This document shows positions 60,828 to 64,000 of a stretch of DNA of 64,000 nucleotides, piece by piece (the stretch's first letter is position 1; each line of letters begins with the position of its first letter). This DNA comes from an uncultured cyanobacterium. Its GTDB lineage: Bacteria > Cyanobacteriota > Cyanobacteriia > CAKZMO01. A model generated the notes under the pieces. That model did no database searches and was not told where the DNA came from. It was given only the letters and a program-made list of their open reading frames with translations. The DNA lies in NCBI GenBank assembly GCA_963719515.1, contig CAVRCJ010000010.1:128001-192000 (forward strand). Direction: 5' to 3'. The position numbers and the translations under genes are program-made.

Positions 60828-61901
60828 GTGAACCGGCTACTGGTGAATCTCTCTTTCCTGATGGCAAAGCCAACGGGACTGGCCACCTACGGGCTAAATC
60901 TATTTCCCTATCTAGGCCCATTAGATCCTGTTCTCCTCTCCCCTCTGGCTCATCCCAATCATCAGGTACATACCCTTGCTGCCAATATGACGGCTCAGCA
61001 GGGTTCAAGGGGCCACGCGCGGCGACTGTGGTGGACTCAGCGGCAGCTTCCTCAGCTTTGTCGGGCTTACGAGAGCAGTCTACTGTTCTCCCCGATTCCC
61101 GAAGCGCCCTTGGGAACAGGCGATCGCTTCGTGGTTACAGTGCATGATTTTATCGCCCGCCGGTTTTCCAAGCCGGCTTCTCCGCTGGCCCTGTACACCC
61201 GCTACTACGTCCCTAAAGTGCTGCAGCAGGCGGTCCGGGTCATTGCTAATTCCGAAGCGACAGCGCGGGACGCTGTTCGGTTTTGCGGAATCGCGGCGCA
61301 GAAAATTACCCCGATTCCGCTGGCCTACGATGCTCAGCATTTTCGGGACTTGGGATTGCCTACACAGCCCTACTTTCTTCACTTAGGGCGGCACGATCCC
61401 CACAAGAACGTAGCGCGAACTTTAGAGGCCTTTGCGCAGATCTCAGCCGTTGTCGACTGTGAGCTGTGGCTAGCGGGTAGCCCAGACGCCCGCTATACGC
61501 CACAGCTGCAAGCCCAAGCCGCGGCCTATGGTCTTGCGGAGCGCGTTCGGTTTTTGGACTACGTGCCCTATGACAGACTGCCCATTCTTCTTAACCAAGC
61601 TCTAGGCCTGGTGTTTCCAAGCCTCTGGGAGGGATTTGGCCTACCCGTGCTAGAAGCAATGGCCTGCGGCACGCCGGTTATTACTTCGAATCTCTCTGCG
61701 CTGTCCGAGGTAGCGGCGGATGCAGCCTTGCTCGTCGATCCCTATCGGCCTTCGGAAATTGCTGCAGCACTCAGGACGGTCGCCACAGATAATGTAGCAA
61801 GAGTACAGCTGAAGCAGGCCGGATTGACCCATGCCCAAAAATTTAGCTGGGCGAAAACGGGCGAAGAAACCCGTCAACTTCTTAGCGAAGCTATGCGGTA
61901 G
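60828..61901 (+). CDS. Glycosyltransferase family 4 (GT-B)
   Basis: VTVHD, PHKN, FPSLWEGFGLPVLEAMACGTPVITSN, FSW. Confidence 0.92.
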   Translation: MNRLLVNLSFLMAKPTGLATYGLNLFPYLGPLDPVLLSPLAHPNHQVHTLAANMTAQQGSRGHARRLWWTQRQLPQLCRAYESSLLFSPIPEAPLGTGDRFVVTVHDFIARRFSKPASPLALYTRYYVPKVLQQAVRVIANSEATARDAVRFCGIAAQKITPIPLAYDAQHFRDLGLPTQPYFLHLGRHDPHKNVARTLEAFAQISAVVDCELWLAGSPDARYTPQLQAQAAAYGLAERVRFLDYVPYDRLPILLNQALGLVFPSLWEGFGLPVLEAMACGTPVITSNLSALSEVAADAALLVDPYRPSEIAAALRTVATDNVARVQLKQAGLTHAQKFSWAKTGEETRQLLSEAMR

Positions 61902-62107
61902 GTAAAACGGGTCACCGCCAACCCAGCCGTGACGTCGGTCCAACGGCGCAGGCCCAGAAAGGCCGATCTAACAGCGCCGTAAAACTACGGAGAATGCGGT
62001 ATTAAACTCTGCGGTAGTGCCACATCTCAGTGAAGGCACGATTGCCGCTGCCGATGTCTCAGCTTAAAGTGGCGTTATCGAGAGCGTTACTGCTGAGGAT
62101 ATCGATA

Positions 62108-62338
62108 CTAGAGGCTGACGAAGTGGCCGGAGTTCTCTAGGCCCAACGTGGTTTCCGCCGCAGGCGCGATCGCCGACAATAGGTCATCTAGTGCATCTTG
62201 GGCGCCATCTTCCTCAAGAATTTCCATGAAAAACTTGGGAACCTCGTCCAGAGAGCATGCTCCCTGACGTAGAGCGTAACCATACATCGACTTGACCCTC
62301 TGCTTCATCTGGTCTTCCATAATCACACCCAAATGCAT
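62108..62338 (-). CDS. Small hypothetical protein
   Basis: 70-76-aa ORF filling an intergenic gap and containing HIP1; no recognised motif. Confidence 0.4.
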   Translation of the reverse strand: MHLGVIMEDQMKQRVKSMYGYALRQGACSLDEVPKFFMEILEEDGAQDALDDLLSAIAPAAETTLGLENSGHFVSL

Positions 62339-62600
62339 TGATACTTGAAGCGTTTTGGTTCAAGGTTTTGAAACCCTTATCCTGAGCCGATTACTTCTGA
62401 GTAATTGCCATCAGCCTAGCTGAATAAGCTTGGATCTGGCCTCTTTCAAAGGGTAGGCTCTAGGTAATTAACCCGACCTTTGCTAACAATACTAATAGGC
62501 TCTGAATGAAGGGCACGTGTTATCGAACAGGCATGGGATGAAGATAGTATGAACTTTTGGGCGTAAGTTCAGTAGCCCCACGAAACTTGGAGTAGCCCAG

Positions 62601-63614
62601 CTAGAGGGTTACTGTATTCAGCTGTTCACGGGGCTCATAGCTGCGAATGGTCTGCAGCTTTTGGTACAGCTCTTGCTCAGCTTGACTGATCGATTTTGGC
62701 GGAACAATCGTTACCGTTACCAGCTGATCTCCCCGGCCCCCCTTAGGCATTGGCCAACCCTTACCCCGCAGCCGCAGCGTCTGCCCTGAGCGCACCCCTG
62801 CCGGAATGCTCATCGTAACGGGACCATCAGGCGTTGGGACGTCAATTGCGCCCCCCAACACGGCTTCATCGGGCGCAATGGGAACATCACAGACTAAATT
62901 ACTGCCATCGAACGCAAAGAAAGGGTGCGGTTTTAGATTCACCACTAGGTAGAGATCTCCCCGCTGCCCAGAGGCAGGGGATACGCGTCCTTTGCCCCGT
63001 ACGCGAATGCGGCTACCGGACTTAGCCCCTGGGGGAATGCGGACCGTGATTACTTCATTGCCAAGGCTCAAGCGCTGCTTTACCCCGCGAAAGGCATCTG
63101 CGAAGCTCAGGGTGATAGGCGACTCAAGATCTTGACCCGCTTTACCAAACGGATCGCTGCCAAAACCTTCTGTACCAAAGCCACCGGGAGTCGCAGTGCG
63201 GGTCTTATATCGAAATCCCTGCCGTCCGCCCGCCGGACCTCCCGCTGCGCCCGTATTGAAGCGACCCAGCAGCTCGTTAATGAAATCGTCGAAGCTGCTG
63301 TATTGACTGAAATCAAAGCCGTCTACTCCCACACCGGGACTTGCGCCCGCTCCGGGAGGCCAGCCGCTGGGGGCACCGGACTGTTTCCAATATTGACCGA
63401 ACTGGTCGTACTTCTGCCGTTTGTCGGAATCAGACAGGACCTCGTAGGCTTCGTTGACTTCCTTAAAACGATTTTCCGCCTGCTGATCCCCTTGGTTCAT
63501 GTCAGGGTGATACTTGCGAGCTAGTTTGCGGTAAGCTCGCTTGATCTCGTCAGCGCTGGCGCTTTTGGCGACGCCCAGCACGGCATAGTAATCTTTGAAG
63601 TCGGTTGCAGCCAT
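62601..63614 (-). CDS. DnaJ-class chaperone, CbpA-like (J domain, G/F region, C-terminal domain, no Zn finger)
   Basis: [41 protein letters not shown]. Confidence 0.93.
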   Translation of the reverse strand: MAATDFKDYYAVLGVAKSASADEIKRAYRKLARKYHPDMNQGDQQAENRFKEVNEAYEVLSDSDKRQKYDQFGQYWKQSGAPSGWPPGAGASPGVGVDGFDFSQYSSFDDFINELLGRFNTGAAGGPAGGRQGFRYKTRTATPGGFGTEGFGSDPFGKAGQDLESPITLSFADAFRGVKQRLSLGNEVITVRIPPGAKSGSRIRVRGKGRVSPASGQRGDLYLVVNLKPHPFFAFDGSNLVCDVPIAPDEAVLGGAIDVPTPDGPVTMSIPAGVRSGQTLRLRGKGWPMPKGGRGDQLVTVTIVPPKSISQAEQELYQKLQTIRSYEPREQLNTVTL

Positions 63615-63750
63615 TCACCTCACTCTCCTGACAACAGATTCACACAGTTTGGGGCTAGCTCTAGCCTACCAAGCTCGTAGGACCGGCCCGGTTCGGTTAT
63701 GCCAGCCGCACAAGCGCGATTTCCGCACCTTCTCCAGGCTACGCTGTGAC

Positions 63751-64000
63751 TCATGATATCGCCAAGGGTATTCTCACTAAAGCGTCGAAGCCCTCATCAA
63801 GATTAGGAGGAGCCCCAGTGAGGCAGCGCTGCATCCGCGACATCACGGCCTCCGGAACCTGACGCGATCGCATTCTGTTGCGCGCTAGGCAGAGGTCGAA
63901 AGGCATATCGAGCCAGCAGCCAGATACCGCAAAGCCCAGGGATTGAGCCTGTCGTATGACGCGGCGGCGCTGACGGCGAACCACGTTGGTGGCGTCGTAG
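63751..64000 (-). CDS. C-terminal part of a P-loop kinase (AAA_33 / polynucleotide-kinase-like); start lies outside the window
   Basis: YDATN..RRQR, C.ARN..R.RQVPE.V..RM, PP...EGF. Confidence 0.75.
   Translation of the reverse strand, partial: YDATNVVRRQRRRVIRQAQSLGFAVSGCWLDMPFDLCLARNRMRSRQVPEAVMSRMQRCLTGAPPNLDEGFDALVRIPLAIS

Overview
This window is cyanobacterial chromosome: it is GC-rich, carries dense HIP1 (GCGATCGC) octamers, and encodes psaC, psbQ, psb29 and a CpcS-like lyase. A Leptolyngbya/Nodosilinea-like filamentous organism is an inference. Most genes are housekeeping: argZ, ahcY, dacB, glgC, rps1, metK, purC, rsmI, ilvA, hemF, cysC and a DnaJ/CbpA chaperone. The accessory content has five parts. 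(1) Three IS200/IS605-superfamily elements whose ends can be placed from their guide/cleavage tetranucleotides: tnpA plus a dead tnpB at 36026-37799, a solo intact tnpB at 51148-52513, and a protein-free 392-bp element at 31952-32343 that appears to carry only a promoter and an omegaRNA-like guide RNA. (2) A ~300-nt branched RNA-like structure after cysC that is only complete once the second IS is removed. (3) A bioM-bioN-bioY-acyl-CoA synthetase-thiolase operon. (4) A structured 5' leader on an uncharacterised Na+/solute symporter. (5) A CLC-CBS-USP protein with Gln in place of the gating Glu. Five +1 frameshifts (argZ x2, thiolase x2, tnpB x1) all look like both alleles of a wobble SNP written in tandem, so they are probably consensus artefacts. 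I saw no rRNA, tRNA or CRISPR array. All calls come from reading the sequence and recalling family motifs; no searches or folding programs were run.
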